Shown here: positions 22,563 through 24,000 of the stretch, in pieces | Position numbering within the stretch: position 1 is the first letter of the stretch | Layout: the number at the start of each line of letters is the position of its first letter | Source: Chloroflexota bacterium | GTDB lineage: Bacteria > Chloroflexota > Dehalococcoidia > Lucifugimonadales > Australimonadaceae | Length of the DNA: 24,000 nt | Direction: 5' to 3' | NCBI GenBank assembly: GCA_038109085.1 | Contig: JAYNIL010000005.1 | Span: 11,869 to 35,868 of the forward strand | Program-made: the position numbers and the translations under genes | The notes under the pieces: generated by a model | What the model saw: the letters and a program-made list of their open reading frames with translations, nothing else | Databases searched by the model: none | What the model was told of the DNA's origin: nothing

Positions 22563-23153
22563 TTGAACCGGCGGGAGGCCCTCACCGACACGGAGCTGGC
22601 GGCGCTGGTGGCCGCGGGTGACGAGGAGGCGCTGGCGGAGCTGTACGGGCGCTACGGGCGCATCGTCTACTCCATGGCCATGAGCTCGCTGCGCGAGCCC
22701 TCCGGCGCCGAGGACGTGACCCAGGAGGTGTTCGCCGCGCTGTGGGTGCGGGCCGGGCGGTTCGACGGTGAGCGGGGGATATTCCGCCACTGGTTCCTGC
22801 ATCTGGCTCACAACCGCATCGTGGATGAGCTGCGACGCCGAAAGCGGGCGGCGCGGTTCGGAGAGGAACTGCCCGACCCGGTATCGGGCGCAGGCCCGGT
22901 GGCCGGGTCGAACACCGCCGACGAGGCGGTGCGAGCGGTGCTCTTCGGCTCGGCGCGTGAGGCGCTGGAGCGCCTGCCGTCCGAGCAGCGCCAGGCTATC
23001 GTGCTGGCCTATCTGGAAGGGGCTACCCAGCAGGAGATATCCCAGCGCACGGGCGCTCCGCTGGGGACGGTGAAGACACGGCTGCGGCTGGGGTTGATGA
23101 AGCTGCGGGCGCACCTGATGCTCCCCCAAGGGACGGAGGGAACGGACGCGTGA
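22563..23153 (+). CDS. ECF-type RNA polymerase sigma factor (SigK-like)
   Basis: 196-aa ORF with a TTG start 6 nt after GGAGG. Region 2 is AEDVTQEVFAALWVRAGRFD...FRHWFLHLAHNRIVDELRRRK. Region 4 is LPSEQRQAIVLAYLEGATQQEISQRTGAPLGTVKTRLRLGLMKLR. Confidence 0.85.
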   Translation: MNRREALTDTELAALVAAGDEEALAELYGRYGRIVYSMAMSSLREPSGAEDVTQEVFAALWVRAGRFDGERGIFRHWFLHLAHNRIVDELRRRKRAARFGEELPDPVSGAGPVAGSNTADEAVRAVLFGSAREALERLPSEQRQAIVLAYLEGATQQEISQRTGAPLGTVKTRLRLGLMKLRAHLMLPQGTEGTDA

Positions 23154-23956
23154 GTGATTCCCGGCAGGAATGGGATGAGCTGCTCCCGGCCTACGCGCTG
23201 AACGCGCTGGAAGGCGAGGAGTTGGAGCGGCTTGAGGCGGCCCTGGAGGCTGACGCCTCGCTACGCGCGCGCCTGGCTGAGTACCTGGAATCCACCACGT
23301 GGCTCGCCGGTGCCTTCTCCCCACTTGCCCCTCCCGCCGCGCTGGAGCCGCGCATCCGCCGGGTGGTGCGCGCACTGCCGGTCTCCCTCTCGGCTCGGCG
23401 CGTTCGCGCCCGGCGCTCATGGCTGCCGTGGGCCGCAGCCGCGGTGCTGGCGCTGGCCGTGGGCGTGCTGGGCGGTGCCACCGCCTTCCAGCTGCACTCG
23501 GTGGACCAGCTCCAATCGCAGATGCAGGACCTGGCCTCTGACGCAGCGCAGACCGAGCAGCGCCTCCAGGAGCAGCGGGAGGTGACGGCGTGGGTGGCCC
23601 AGTCCGCCGTGACCCCGGCGGCGGTGCGCTCCGTGGACAGCTACGCCGAGCCGGACCCCGCGACGGACTACCCCTGGGGGATGCTCGTCACTAAGCCCGA
23701 CGGCTCGCGGGTGCTGATGATGCTCAACCTACCGGTGCTGGCGGCGGGCGAGGTGTACCAGGTGTGGCTGTGGGACGATGCGGGGGAGGCGGCCCGGAGC
23801 GTCGGCCACTTCTGGCCGGATGAGGACGGCTATGCGTTGGCGCATCTGACCATGCCTGCGCTGGACACCATCCACTGGCTAAGCGTGAACCGGGCCAAGG
23901 GAGGCGGGACGGCGCGTCCCTCGGGCGAGCCGGTTCTGGTGGGGACGGTGCGCTAG
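23150..23956 (+). CDS. Membrane-anchored anti-sigma factor (RskA-like)
   Basis: 268-aa ORF with a GTGA overlap onto the sigma gene. Contains the N-terminal anti-sigma helix region (LLPAYALNALEGEELERLEAAL), one TM segment (WLPWAAAAVLALAVGVLGGATAF), and an extracytoplasmic RskA-like domain (VYQVWLWDD...). Confidence 0.8.
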   Translation: MSDSRQEWDELLPAYALNALEGEELERLEAALEADASLRARLAEYLESTTWLAGAFSPLAPPAALEPRIRRVVRALPVSLSARRVRARRSWLPWAAAAVLALAVGVLGGATAFQLHSVDQLQSQMQDLASDAAQTEQRLQEQREVTAWVAQSAVTPAAVRSVDSYAEPDPATDYPWGMLVTKPDGSRVLMMLNLPVLAAGEVYQVWLWDDAGEAARSVGHFWPDEDGYALAHLTMPALDTIHWLSVNRAKGGGTARPSGEPVLVGTVR

Positions 23957-24000
23957 AGCTTCTGGGTTGCGGCCTTGGTCTTGGCGGATGCCTTCGCGCC
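23953..24000 (-). CDS. 3' end (15 codons) of an unidentified minus-strand gene entering from beyond the window
   Basis: The minus-strand frame is open from 24000 and reads GAKASAKTKAATQKL, then TAG at 23955-23953. It is too short to identify, and only the Lys/Ala-rich tail is visible. Confidence 0.2.
   Translation of the reverse strand, partial: GAKASAKTKAATQKL

Noticed and set aside
1-24000. CRISPR arrays, IS elements/transposases, rRNA or tRNA genes
   Set aside because: No spaced direct-repeat array, no terminal inverted repeats with a transposase ORF, and no rRNA- or tRNA-like conserved blocks were found on either strand. The only tandem repeat is the 9-bp unit at 6646-6678.

Overview
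High-GC (~70%) bacterial chromosomal window with strong Shine-Dalgarno (SD) usage and at least one apparently leaderless start. It looks Chloroflexota- or Actinomycetota-like, but lineage cannot be fixed from the sequence alone.

Positions 1-12.3 kb are mostly housekeeping:
- a molybdopterin oxidoreductase large subunit, open at the window edge and therefore missing from the ORF track
- a class II aldolase
- a 2-oxoacid dehydrogenase E1alpha/E1beta/E2 operon
- an AICARFT-only PurH paralog, then lipB
- a COG1579-type zinc-ribbon protein
- a large-serine-recombinase homolog with every catalytic residue substituted
- RNase P RNA (rnpB)
- a short MetE-type methyltransferase

The most interesting part is 12.5-24 kb. 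A heliorhodopsin gene with the key 48C12 residues conserved abuts a ~9-kb block of clearly lower GC3. That block encodes:
- an SDR-DUF2867 protein
- a CarH-like B12-binding module fused to a C-terminal XRE helix-turn-helix (HTH), interrupted by an in-frame TAG and an 8-bp tandem duplication
- a tightly coupled five-gene operon: FAD amine-oxidase-like, DUF1365, SDR, SRPBCC, CPD photolyase
- a further SDR and a MOSC protein

An ECF sigma / anti-sigma pair with host-like GC3 follows immediately downstream of the block.

I read this as a heliorhodopsin-centred light / photo-oxidative-stress locus. That reading is inference.

Other oddities:
- a 112-codon gene remnant carrying five in-frame stops, all TAG, with frame and GC3 bias preserved
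- a 12-bp long-range helix that includes the heliorhodopsin stop codon
- CTAG-shared stop codons at convergent gene ends

No tRNA, rRNA, CRISPR array or transposase was seen.
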